This document shows, one piece after another, positions 27,860 to 37,107 of a stretch of DNA of 63,145 bases. The notes beneath the pieces were generated by a model that was not told where the DNA came from, did not search any database, and saw nothing but the letters and a program-made list of their open reading frames with translations. Where the stretch lies: IMG/VR virus record IMGVR_UViG_3300020381_000001; one strand, given 5' to 3'. This stretch comes from an uncultured virus (IMG/VR IMGVR_UViG_3300020381_000001) (taxonomy: Duplodnaviria; Heunggongvirae; Uroviricota; Caudoviricetes). The stretch's first letter is position 1; each line of letters opens with the position of its first letter. The position numbers and the translations under genes are program-made.

Positions 27860-28062
27860 AAAACATGTCAAAATTAAAACACCAAATTAAATCAAGTTGG
27901 TATTACATTTTTTGGGGAACTGCGTCTGTTGCTGTTGTGGTAGGCCAGATTTATATTGGTGCTGGTTATCGTATGATGACTAAAAGTGTAAATGATCTCA
28001 CAGAAGTTTTTACTCTTATTAAAGAAAATGATGAAATAAGGAGATATCCTAATTTATATTAA
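27856..28062 (+). CDS. Small membrane protein
   Basis: One TM segment; coupled ORF. Confidence 0.65.
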   Translation: MKNMSKLKHQIKSSWYYIFWGTASVAVVVGQIYIGAGYRMMTKSVNDLTEVFTLIKENDEIRRYPNLY

Positions 28063-28943
28063 TGTCAATTAAATCTCTTAAGACACCATTGAGATATCCT
28101 GGTGGCAAATCAAAAGCAATTAAAACACTTTCTAAATGGTATCCTAAAAATATATCAGAGTATCGTGAACCATTTATTGGTGGTGGATCTATTGCTATTG
28201 ATATAACAAAAAGATATCCTAGAATACCCATATGGATAAATGATCTTTATATTCCATTATATAATTTCTGGGTGCAACTAAGAGATAATGGGGATGAACT
28301 ATCTGAAAGGGTTCTTGAAGAAAAACAAAATACACTTGATGCTGGAGATCCAGAAAAGATAACTGCCAGAGCAAAGGACTTGTTTAATCAATGTAAAGAG
28401 GAGATTGATAGTTATAATTATTTGGAACAGGCAGTTGCATTTTTTATTATGAATAAGTGTAGTTTTTCTGGACTCACAGAGAATAGTACTTTTTCACAAA
28501 CAGCATCAAACTCTAATTTTTCATTAGTAGGTGCACGTAAACTTAAAGATTTTTCTAAATTAATTAGATATTGGAAGATCACAAACTTAGATTATTCTGA
28601 AGTTATGAACTCATATGCAACTGGGGATGCATTTGTATTTTTAGATCCACCATATGATATTAAAGATTTCTTATATGGTAAGAATCGTGAGATGCACAAA
28701 TCATTTGATCATGATAGATTTGCAGGAGAGGTATATAAATGTAAATCTAAATTTATGGTTACATATAATTTAAATGATCGTTTGTGTGAACTATATAAAA
28801 ACTATAATTTAAAAGAATGGAAGTTGAGATATTCAATGGCACATCGAGGAGATAAAGGAACTGAAGAAAATATAAAAACAGAACTGTTAGTAACAAATTA
28901 TGATATACATCCTGTAACACCACTTGAACAACTACTTACATAA
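28062..28943 (+). CDS. dam: DNA adenine methyltransferase (D12 class)
   Basis: LRYPGGKS, EPFIGGGS and FLDPPY motifs. Confidence 0.92.
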   Translation: MSIKSLKTPLRYPGGKSKAIKTLSKWYPKNISEYREPFIGGGSIAIDITKRYPRIPIWINDLYIPLYNFWVQLRDNGDELSERVLEEKQNTLDAGDPEKITARAKDLFNQCKEEIDSYNYLEQAVAFFIMNKCSFSGLTENSTFSQTASNSNFSLVGARKLKDFSKLIRYWKITNLDYSEVMNSYATGDAFVFLDPPYDIKDFLYGKNREMHKSFDHDRFAGEVYKCKSKFMVTYNLNDRLCELYKNYNLKEWKLRYSMAHRGDKGTEENIKTELLVTNYDIHPVTPLEQLLT

Positions 28944-29323
28944 TGGAACTCAAAGACTGGTTAAACTCTATCAATCAAACAAAGAAAAACTTAATTGATG
29001 AAGATCCATCAATTGAGAAGGAGTATCCACCTTACATTATTAATCGTTGTTACTCAGGTCACCTTGATGCGATAATGTTTGCAAATGAAATGAATAAGTA
29101 TAATTTCTTATCAAAGAAGATGCAATATGACTTTTTTATAAATATACTCAGAGTTAAGAAACGATTTTCTCCTTGGCTTCGTAAGGATGAGATCAAAGAT
29201 CTAGATTATGTAAAACGTTATTATGGTTATAGTAACGAAAAAGCAAAACAGATTCTAAAACTTCTTTCCAAAGAACAACTTAATTTTATAAAATCTAAAT
29301 TTGAAACTGGAGGATCGAAATGA
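28943..29323 (+). CDS. gp62: Clamp loader small subunit
   Basis: YPPYIINR, ANEMN, QYDF, KKRFSPW and YYGYSNEKA motifs. Confidence 0.93.
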   Translation: MELKDWLNSINQTKKNLIDEDPSIEKEYPPYIINRCYSGHLDAIMFANEMNKYNFLSKKMQYDFFINILRVKKRFSPWLRKDEIKDLDYVKRYYGYSNEKAKQILKLLSKEQLNFIKSKFETGGSK

Positions 29324-29751
29324 GTGTCGTTAAGGAACCAGAAGTGAGCTGGTCATCTGATCAGATGATTGAAATTTCACTTAGTGAACCAGATGATTTC
29401 TTAAAGGTAAGAGAAACTCTTACAAGAATTGGAGTAGCATCACGAAAAGAAAAGAAAATATATCAGTCATGTCATATACTACATAAGCAGGGAAGATATT
29501 ATATTGTTCATTTTAAAGAATTATTTGCACTTGATGGTAAACATGCAAATTTAACTCAAAATGATATTCAACGTCGTAATCGTATAGTTCAACTGTTAGT
29601 TGATTGGGGATTAGTAGACATTTTAAATGGTGATAAAATACAAGACATAGCACCTCTCAATCAAATCAAAGTACTATCTTATAAAGATAAGGGTGATTGG
29701 ATATTGGAAACAAAATATAATATCGGAAGTAAAAAAAAGAAGACTGACTAG
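29320..29751 (+). CDS. regA: Translational repressor
   Basis: DDFLKVRETLTRIGVAS...YQSCHILHKQGRYYIVHFKELF. Confidence 0.97.
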   Translation: MSVVKEPEVSWSSDQMIEISLSEPDDFLKVRETLTRIGVASRKEKKIYQSCHILHKQGRYYIVHFKELFALDGKHANLTQNDIQRRNRIVQLLVDWGLVDILNGDKIQDIAPLNQIKVLSYKDKGDWILETKYNIGSKKKKTD

Positions 29752-29831
29752 GCATTTCTTTTTGTTAAGATATCCTGACATAGGTATAAATTTTTTGATA
29801 GATAATAATGAGAAATATGGAGGCAATGCTT

Positions 29832-29984
29832 ATGCACAATTCGATATCATTTAACAGTTTAAATTCATGGGTTCCTTTCAACTCATCTAATTCAGATCCA
29901 ATAGATGATTATTTTGAATGTATTGTTGAATGTAGAGACGGAGATAAATCATGTGCATTAGAGTGTAGAGCACTTCTAGAATAG
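29832..29984 (+). CDS. 50-aa four-cysteine microprotein (not in the ORF track)
   Basis: GGAGG RBS; MHNSISFN...DYFECIVECRDGDKSCALECRALLE; followed by its own terminator. Confidence 0.7.
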   Translation: MHNSISFNSLNSWVPFNSSNSDPIDDYFECIVECRDGDKSCALECRALLE

Positions 29985-30005
29985 GAGTAAACAAATGAAT
30001 CCTTA

Positions 30006-30040
30006 GAAAAAGGGGGGGGTTTACCACCCTTCTTTTTTTT
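30006..30040 (+). terminator. Rho-independent terminator
   Basis: G-rich/C-rich hairpin followed by T8. Confidence 0.8.
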
Positions 30041-30063
30041 GTCTTTTATGGTTAAATAGTATT

Positions 30064-30110
30064 GGATGCCGAAAGGATCCACATTTAACACTCGCTTACT
30101 AAGGAGAACT
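30064..30110 (+). promoter_or_regulatory. Candidate ROSE-like RNA thermometer in the hsp20 5' UTR
   Basis: GAAA-capped hairpin, then CUCGCUU-ACU-AAGGAG pairing the SD with a bulged G. Confidence 0.55.
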
Positions 30111-30542
30111 ATGAACTTACAAAGATATCACTCTGCAAATTTACCAGAGTTGATGAAAATAATTTCAAAGAACGGTATAGGTATGGACGATTACTTAGAC
30201 CGATTTTTTAATTCTTACGAAACCACAACAAACTATCCACCTTACAATTTAATTCAGGTAAATAATGTTGAGTCTATGCTTGAGATTGCTCTTGCAGGAT
30301 TCACTAAAAAAGAACTTAAAGTTTATACTGAATATGGAAAACTTATCGTTGAAGGACAAAAAGAAACTAAGGAGACAGAATCCGAGTATGTCCATCAGGG
30401 ACTGGCTCAAAGATCTTTCTCAAGAGCATGGACACTCTCAGATGATGTTGAAGTCAGGGATGTCTCATTTAAAGATGGACTTCTTACCGTCAAATTGGGT
30501 AAGATAGTACCAGACCATCATGCTCGTAAGGACTACCTCTAA
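30111..30542 (+). CDS. hsp20: Small heat-shock protein
   Basis: NYPPYNL, EIALAGF, HQGLAQRSF and DGLLTVKL motifs; AAGGAG RBS before ATG 30111. Confidence 0.95.
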   Translation: MNLQRYHSANLPELMKIISKNGIGMDDYLDRFFNSYETTTNYPPYNLIQVNNVESMLEIALAGFTKKELKVYTEYGKLIVEGQKETKETESEYVHQGLAQRSFSRAWTLSDDVEVRDVSFKDGLLTVKLGKIVPDHHARKDYL

Positions 30543-30568
30543 ATATAATTGAGTTCGAGATGGAACTT

Positions 30569-30606
30569 AGGGATCTTGACGATCCCTTTTTTTATGGTAT
30601 AATATA
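30569..30606 (+). repeat. 38-bp terminator/promoter cassette, copy 1
   Basis: AGGGATCTTGACGATCCCTTTTTTTATGGTATAATATA, identical to 31645-31682. Confidence 0.95.
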
Positions 30607-30662
30607 TGTGTTAGTCAAGTTTCGACGAAAATTAACACTTAAGTTATTACTAAGAGGTTATT

Positions 30663-31655
30663 ATGCCAAAATTTAGAAGGTTACCTTCAGAAAACTCCTG
30701 TCCTAAAGTGGATTGGTTTACTCATTTAGATCGTCCAAAAGGAAGAACTTATAAATGCATTAGACGTGAAGTTATTAATTTAGATCATATTGAAAGACAT
30801 AATGAAAATGGTCAAATAGTAAATCTTGCTCGTCAATTAGGAACAGATAAAGAAAATTGTTTATTGATTGCAAATAATATTAAAGTTAATGGGGTATTAC
30901 TCGATGCTCAACCCCCTTTTATTAGCACTGAAAATGTTCTTTTTGATGGGTTTACTAGATTTGATGCATTTAAATTACTTGGAATTACACATTGGGTTTA
31001 CAATGTTGTAGAACCTAAGAAAGGATTTACTTGGGAAGATGTGAGAGATGAAATTGGATTAGGTGCAAATAATCATCCTCCATCTAAATCTGCTTCAGAA
31101 AAAGATTTTGAAAGAAGACTTTGTTATTGGATATCATTACAAGATAAAACTCCTACTCATGGTGCTTGTATAGATTGGATTAACAATATTCCTAATTCAT
31201 TTACTGATGAAAGAATTGCTAAAATTGCGAGAAATTCTCTTAATACCAATGCTACTAAAAATAGCATGGAATCTCTAGAAGCACCAGATGTTATTCGAAA
31301 AACAAATGAATTGGTAAATTTAAATGAAAAGACTAAAGTAATACCAGTTAATATTTCTGGTAATAAAACATACTTTCATCGTGTTGCCTTTGAAAAAATT
31401 AATTCTATTTGTAATAAAAAAGTATCTGATACTTATATGGTAGGATATACTAAAAATATTTCAGCAGAAGACGTTGCTGAAGTTAGAGAGAACGGACTTG
31501 AATATGCTGAGAGGATAAATGAAAATTTTGAAAATGTTTTTCAAGAACGTTTAAAAAAAGGAGAATCCTTTAAATTAATAGATATCAAAGCTTTTGCACC
31601 ACAAATTATTGGAGTAGAGGATGGTTTAGTTGATATAGATAAAAAGGGATCTTGA
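30663..31655 (+). CDS. ParB/Srx-like N-terminal domain protein
   Basis: IANNIKVNG...QPP......LFDGFTR pattern; GAGG RBS. Confidence 0.6.
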   Translation: MPKFRRLPSENSCPKVDWFTHLDRPKGRTYKCIRREVINLDHIERHNENGQIVNLARQLGTDKENCLLIANNIKVNGVLLDAQPPFISTENVLFDGFTRFDAFKLLGITHWVYNVVEPKKGFTWEDVRDEIGLGANNHPPSKSASEKDFERRLCYWISLQDKTPTHGACIDWINNIPNSFTDERIAKIARNSLNTNATKNSMESLEAPDVIRKTNELVNLNEKTKVIPVNISGNKTYFHRVAFEKINSICNKKVSDTYMVGYTKNISAEDVAEVRENGLEYAERINENFENVFQERLKKGESFKLIDIKAFAPQIIGVEDGLVDIDKKGS

Positions 31656-31682
31656 CGATCCCTTTTTTTATGGTATAATATA
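31645..31682 (+). repeat. 38-bp terminator/promoter cassette, copy 2
   Basis: Identical to 30569-30606; it also supplies the stop codon of the enclosed gene. Confidence 0.95.
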
Positions 31683-31684
31683 AA

Positions 31685-31754
31685 GGTCAGAGAAATACTG
31701 ACTGCGGTAATCCCCTTCGGTAGGTTCAGGATTAGCGGCGATAGGAATCTACCA
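31685..31754 (+). ncRNA. Candidate pseudoknotted structured RNA / 5' leader
   Basis: GC-rich intergenic island with three helices, two of them crossing; begins at the predicted transcription start. Confidence 0.55.
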
Positions 31755-31775
31755 CAAAAAAATTAACAAAATTAA

Positions 31776-32042
31776 ATGGATAAAAATATACAGTGCATCA
31801 TCTTACATAATGGTTCAGTTTTGATATCAGAAATTGAAGAAGCATTCGGTGATATACCTGGTGAACCTGATTGTAGATTAATTAGTCCTTTTAAACTAAT
31901 TAAGACTAAAGACATATACATTTTAGAACCATGGTTGGATTTTAGTAATCAATCTGTTACAATGATGAGGTCAGGTGATGCTATTACATTTGTTGAACCA
32001 AATGGTGAATTACTTGACAAATATATTAAATTGACATCTTAA
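31776..32042 (+). CDS. Conserved hypothetical protein upstream of gp43
   Basis: GEPDCRLISPF...LEPW...TFVEP. Confidence 0.75.
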   Translation: MDKNIQCIILHNGSVLISEIEEAFGDIPGEPDCRLISPFKLIKTKDIYILEPWLDFSNQSVTMMRSGDAITFVEPNGELLDKYIKLTS

Positions 32043-34543
32043 TGAGGTTTTACACCAACGTCCAAATGGTTGGAGACAACTTTCTAGTTCGTGGTTATGA
32101 AGATGGTAAACATTTCATGACTCGTGAGAAGTTTTATCCTACACTCTTTGTTTCATCAAAAAGAAAAACAAAATACAAAACCCTTGAAGGGGAGTATGTT
32201 GAATCTGTAGAACCTGGTTCTGTAAGAGATTGTCGTGAGTTTATCAAGAGATATTCTGAGGTAGAAAACTTTAAGGTGTATGGTAATGATCGATATATCT
32301 ATCAATATATTTCGGAACAATATCCCGAAGAAGAAATTAAATTTGATGTAAGTAAGATAAAGATTACCACTTTAGATATTGAGGTTAAGTCTGAGAATGG
32401 ATTCCCTGATGTAGAATCTGCTTCTCAGGAGATATTACTTATCTCAATACAGGATTATAATACAAAACAGATTCGTACTTGGGGTCAAGGACCTTTTAAT
32501 AATAAACAGCAGAATGTAATATACAAAGGATTTAATACTGAGTATGAATTATTAAATGATTTTATTAATTGGTGGATGGTAGAAGATAATACACCAGAGG
32601 TTATTACTGGATGGAATAGTGAATTGTATGATATACCATATCTTACACGTAGACTTGATCGTGTTCTTGGAGAGAAGTTAAAGAAAAGATTATCACCTTG
32701 GGGTTTGGTGACTGAAGATGAAATTTATATTGCAGGACGTAAGAACATTACATATGATATTGGTGGCATCACACAATTAGATTATCTGAATCTTTATAAG
32801 AAGTTTACTTATAAGGCACAAGAGTCATATCGATTGGACTATATTGCATCTGTAGAACTAGGACAGAAGAAATTAGATCACTCAGAGTTTGATACATTCA
32901 AAGACTTTTATACAAATGGTTGGCAGAAGTTTGTAGAATACAACATCATTGACGTAGAACTTGTTGACCGTCTGGAAGACAAGATGAAACTGATTGAACT
33001 TGCAATTGTTATGGCATATGACGCCAAAGCAAACTATGCGGATGTTTTCTCTCAGGTTCGTATGTGGGATACAATTATTTACAACTATCTGAAGAAAAGG
33101 AATATTGTCATACCTCCAAAGGAGAGGTCAAGTAAATCTGAAAAGTATGCAGGTGCATATGTAAAAGAACCAATACCAGGCAAGTATGATTGGGTAGTTT
33201 CTTTCGACTTGAATAGTCTATATCCGCATTTGATTATGCAGTACAATATTTCACCAGAAACTTTACTTGAACAAAGGCATCCATCTGTTACAGTTGATAA
33301 AATTCTCGATGAAGATATTACATTTGAAATGTATAAGGATAATGCCGTATGTGCGAATGGTGCGATGTATCGTAAAGATAAAAGGGGGTTTCTTCCAGAA
33401 CTTATGGAGAAGATCTATAAAGATCGTACCATTTATAAAAAGAAAATGTTGGAGGCAAAGCAACAGTATGAGAAAACAAAAACCAAAACATTGGAGAAGG
33501 AGATCGCAAGGTGCAATAATATCCAAATGGCACGGAAGATCCAACTTAACTCTGCTTATGGTGCTATTGGTAATCAATACTTTCGTTATTACAAACTTGC
33601 GAACGCAGAGGCCATCACTCTATCTGGACAAGTATCAATCAGATGGATTGAAAACAAAATGAATGCTTTCATTAACAAAATACTAAAAACGGAGGATAAA
33701 GATTATGTTATTGCTAGTGATACTGACAGCATCTATCTCAACTTGGGTGATCTTGTCAATAGGATATACAAAGGGAGAGAAAAGACTGCTGAGAGCGTTG
33801 TGTCGTTCCTTAATAAGATCTGTGAGATGGAATTTGAGAAGTATATTGAGAGTTCTTATGAAACGTTGGCGAAATACGTAAATGCTTATGATAATAAGAT
33901 GGTGATGAAACGTGAGAATATTGCGGAACGTGGTATATGGACAGCAAAGAAAAGATATATTCTAAACGTGTGGGATAGTGAGGGTGTAAGATATGATGAA
34001 CCCAAACTGAAGATGATGGGTATTGAGGCAGTCAAGTCATCAACTCCTGCACCTTGTCGGACAATGATTAAGAGTGGACTTAAACTGATGATGAATGGTA
34101 CAGAAGAACAGGTAATTACATTTATTGATGAGTCACGTAAAAAATTTAAGTCACTCCCACCTGAAGATATTGCCTTCCCAAGAACAGCAAATAATTTGCA
34201 GAAGTATAAAGCACATTCAACAATATATGCAAAAGGAACTCCAATACATGTTAGAGGTGCATTATTATTCAATCATTATGTAAAACAAAAGAAGTTGGAT
34301 AATAAATATTCACTTATTAGTAATGGTGAAAAGGTTAAATTTATTTACTTGAAAAAACCAAATATCATACAAGAAAATGTGATATCTTTTATTCAAGATT
34401 TTCCACATGAACTTGGACTTGACAAATACATAGATTATGATCTACAATTTGAGAAGAGTTTCGTTGAACCACTCAAGGCAATACTTGATGCGATTGGATG
34501 GAATGTTGAAAAAACTGTAAACCTTGAATTATTTTTTACATAA
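32042..34543 (+). CDS. gp43: Family B DNA polymerase
   Basis: Exonuclease DIE, SFDLNSLYPH, KIQLNSAYG and SDTDS motifs. Confidence 0.99.
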   Translation: MRFYTNVQMVGDNFLVRGYEDGKHFMTREKFYPTLFVSSKRKTKYKTLEGEYVESVEPGSVRDCREFIKRYSEVENFKVYGNDRYIYQYISEQYPEEEIKFDVSKIKITTLDIEVKSENGFPDVESASQEILLISIQDYNTKQIRTWGQGPFNNKQQNVIYKGFNTEYELLNDFINWWMVEDNTPEVITGWNSELYDIPYLTRRLDRVLGEKLKKRLSPWGLVTEDEIYIAGRKNITYDIGGITQLDYLNLYKKFTYKAQESYRLDYIASVELGQKKLDHSEFDTFKDFYTNGWQKFVEYNIIDVELVDRLEDKMKLIELAIVMAYDAKANYADVFSQVRMWDTIIYNYLKKRNIVIPPKERSSKSEKYAGAYVKEPIPGKYDWVVSFDLNSLYPHLIMQYNISPETLLEQRHPSVTVDKILDEDITFEMYKDNAVCANGAMYRKDKRGFLPELMEKIYKDRTIYKKKMLEAKQQYEKTKTKTLEKEIARCNNIQMARKIQLNSAYGAIGNQYFRYYKLANAEAITLSGQVSIRWIENKMNAFINKILKTEDKDYVIASDTDSIYLNLGDLVNRIYKGREKTAESVVSFLNKICEMEFEKYIESSYETLAKYVNAYDNKMVMKRENIAERGIWTAKKRYILNVWDSEGVRYDEPKLKMMGIEAVKSSTPAPCRTMIKSGLKLMMNGTEEQVITFIDESRKKFKSLPPEDIAFPRTANNLQKYKAHSTIYAKGTPIHVRGALLFNHYVKQKKLDNKYSLISNGEKVKFIYLKKPNIIQENVISFIQDFPHELGLDKYIDYDLQFEKSFVEPLKAILDAIGWNVEKTVNLELFFT

Positions 34544-34737
34544 TGGATTTACCTATTGATGATAAAGATCTTGCAACCATAGTTGAGGCACTAAATCCTC
34601 AGAGACCCAAGGTATCATACCTACTGGAGGATGCAACATTATATAAAAAACTGAAATTAGTGAAGGATGTCAGAGAAACAAATCCTGATGGTCCTTATAA
34701 AAAAATACTTCGTGAACAACATGGAATGGTAATTTAA
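34543..34737 (+). CDS. Hypothetical protein
   Basis: Coupled ORF between gp43 and uvsX. Confidence 0.7.
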   Translation: MDLPIDDKDLATIVEALNPQRPKVSYLLEDATLYKKLKLVKDVRETNPDGPYKKILREQHGMVI

Positions 34738-35744
34738 TGGATTTTTTAAAAGAGATAGTAAATGAGATTGGTGATGAGTACACCCAAATTGCAGCAGACA
34801 TAGATGAAACAGAAAGATTCATCGACACAGGATCATACATCTTTAATGCAGTGGTTAGCGGTTCCATTTATGGTGGGGTATCTAGTAATAAGATCACTGC
34901 CATTGCTGGTGAAACTAGTACTGGTAAAACTTATTTTGCCCTTGCTGTTGTCAAGAACTTTTTGGACACTAATCCTGATGGGTATTGCCTCTATTTTGAT
35001 ACTGAAGCAGCAATTACCAAAGGATTATTGGAGTCTCGTGGAATTGATACGACACGGTTGGTTGTTGTGAATGTCGTAACAATTGAAGAGTTTAGAAGTA
35101 AAGCACTTCGTGCAGTAGATATATATCTTAAGTCAGAAGAAGAGGATCGCAAACCTTGTATGTTTGTGTTAGACTCTCTAGGTATGCTCTCTACAGAAAA
35201 AGAAATAAGAGATGCATTAGATGATAAGCAAGTTCGTGACATGACCAAATCTCAACTTGTGAAGGGAGCATTTAGAATGCTTACTTTAAAACTTGGTCAA
35301 GCAAATATTCCACTTATAGTTACAAACCACACTTACGATGTTATCGGATCTTATGTCCCAACTAAAGAAATGGGAGGCGGCAGTGGCCTCAAGTATGCCG
35401 CGTCTACAATCATTTATCTCAGCAAAAAAAAGGAAAAGGATAAGACAGAAGTTGTTGGAAACATTATTAAAGCTAAGACAGCTAAAAGCAGACTCTCAAA
35501 AGAAAATCAACAAGTCGAAATAAGACTCTATTATGATGAGAGAGGTCTTGATCGTTACTATGGTCTTCTTGAATTAGGAGAACTTGGTGGACTCTGGAAG
35601 AACACTGCTGGAAGATATGAGATTGATGGTAAAAAAATATATGCCAAACAAATATATGCAGAACCAGAAAAATATTTTACAGAAGATGTAATGGGTAAGT
35701 TAGACGAAATTTCCAAAAAACAGTTTTCTTATGGAACGAATTGA
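34737..35744 (+). CDS. uvsX: RecA-like recombinase
   Basis: AGETSTGKT, VLDSLGML and MGGGSGLKYAAS motifs. Confidence 0.96.
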   Translation: MDFLKEIVNEIGDEYTQIAADIDETERFIDTGSYIFNAVVSGSIYGGVSSNKITAIAGETSTGKTYFALAVVKNFLDTNPDGYCLYFDTEAAITKGLLESRGIDTTRLVVVNVVTIEEFRSKALRAVDIYLKSEEEDRKPCMFVLDSLGMLSTEKEIRDALDDKQVRDMTKSQLVKGAFRMLTLKLGQANIPLIVTNHTYDVIGSYVPTKEMGGGSGLKYAASTIIYLSKKKEKDKTEVVGNIIKAKTAKSRLSKENQQVEIRLYYDERGLDRYYGLLELGELGGLWKNTAGRYEIDGKKIYAKQIYAEPEKYFTEDVMGKLDEISKKQFSYGTN

Positions 35745-37107
35745 ATCTACAATTCTTAAAAACTTAATACATAAAGAGGAATATGCACGTAAAGTAATTC
35801 CTTTTATTCAACCTGATTACTTTGAGGATAGAAAAGAAAAGGTAGTGTTTGAGGAGATAATATCTTTTATTGTTAAGTATGGATCATCCATCACAATTGA
35901 AGCACTAAATATTGAGGTTGAAAATAGAACTGATTTAACTGATACTGAATCGAAAGAAATTTATGAGATGAATCAAAATCTTGTGAAATCTCCAGTAGAT
36001 GATCAATGGTTGCTTGATTCTACAGAGAAATGGTGTCGTGATCGTGCAATATATCTTGCATTAATGGAATCAGTTCATATTGCTGATGGGAATGATGATA
36101 AAAAGAATCGTGATGCGATTCCAAATATCTTATCAGATGCACTATCAGTTTCTTTTGATAATAATATTGGTCATGATTACTTACTAAACTACGAAGACAG
36201 GTATGAGTTTTATCACAAGAAAGAAGAAAAAATTTCATTCGATCTTGAGTATTTTAACAAAATTACGAAAGGTGGTTTACCTAACAAGACTCTTAATATC
36301 GCACTTGCTGGTACGGGTGTCGGGAAGTCTTTATTCATGTGCCATTTTGCTAGCTCCGTGTTGCTCCAAGGACGGAACGTACTCTACATTACAATGGAAA
36401 TGGCAGAGGAAAAAATTGCTGAACGAATTGATGCAAACCTTTTAGATGTCTCAATACAGAATCTAACTGATTTACCAAAGAAGATGTTTGAAAATAAAGT
36501 GACTTCCGTGTCAAAGAAAACACAAGGTCATTTAATTATCAAAGAATATCCAACCGCAGGAGCACATAGTGGACATTTCAAAGGTTTACTTAATGAACTT
36601 TCGTTGAAAAAATCTTTTAAACCTGATATAATATTCATAGATTATTTAAATATATGTGCATCCTCACGTTACAAGGCAGGATCTAATGTCAATTCTTACT
36701 CGTATATTAAAGCCATTGCTGAAGAACTCCGTGGTCTTGCAGTTGAGACTAATGTACCTATCTTCTCCGCTACTCAGACGACTCGTTCTGGTTTCGGTAG
36801 TAGTGATGTTGATCTTACTGACACAAGCGAGTCGTTCGGTCTTCCCGCCACTGCTGATCTTATGTTTGCTCTTATTAGTACAGAGGAGCTTGAGGGGTTA
36901 AATCAAATAATGGTAAAACAACTTAAGAACCGATACAACGACCCTACTATTTTTAAGAGATTTGTAATAGGAATAGATCGTGCAAAGATGAGATTATATG
37001 ACTGTGAGCAAAAAGCACAGGAAGATATTCTTGACAATGGAAAGGAAGAGGAGTATAATAAAGAAGATACAAAACCTAAAAAGTCATTTGCAGAATTTAA
37101 ATTTTGA
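35731..37107 (+). CDS. gp41: Replicative DNA helicase
   Basis: AGTGVGKS, IDYLNIC, ATQTTRSG, SESFGLPATAD and KQLKNRY motifs. Confidence 0.97.
   Translation: MERIESTILKNLIHKEEYARKVIPFIQPDYFEDRKEKVVFEEIISFIVKYGSSITIEALNIEVENRTDLTDTESKEIYEMNQNLVKSPVDDQWLLDSTEKWCRDRAIYLALMESVHIADGNDDKKNRDAIPNILSDALSVSFDNNIGHDYLLNYEDRYEFYHKKEEKISFDLEYFNKITKGGLPNKTLNIALAGTGVGKSLFMCHFASSVLLQGRNVLYITMEMAEEKIAERIDANLLDVSIQNLTDLPKKMFENKVTSVSKKTQGHLIIKEYPTAGAHSGHFKGLLNELSLKKSFKPDIIFIDYLNICASSRYKAGSNVNSYSYIKAIAEELRGLAVETNVPIFSATQTTRSGFGSSDVDLTDTSESFGLPATADLMFALISTEELEGLNQIMVKQLKNRYNDPTIFKRFVIGIDRAKMRLYDCEQKAQEDILDNGKEEEYNKEDTKPKKSFAEFKF

Noticed and set aside
29832..29984. CP12 call for the Cys microprotein
   Set aside because: It lacks the CP12 C-terminal Cx8C..YD/E pattern and the AWD_VEEL core; the cysteine spacing differs.
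31685..31754. HDV-like/theta or hammerhead ribozyme
   Set aside because: There is no nested P3/L3 between the crossing helices and no CUGAnGA core, and no adjacent tRNA.
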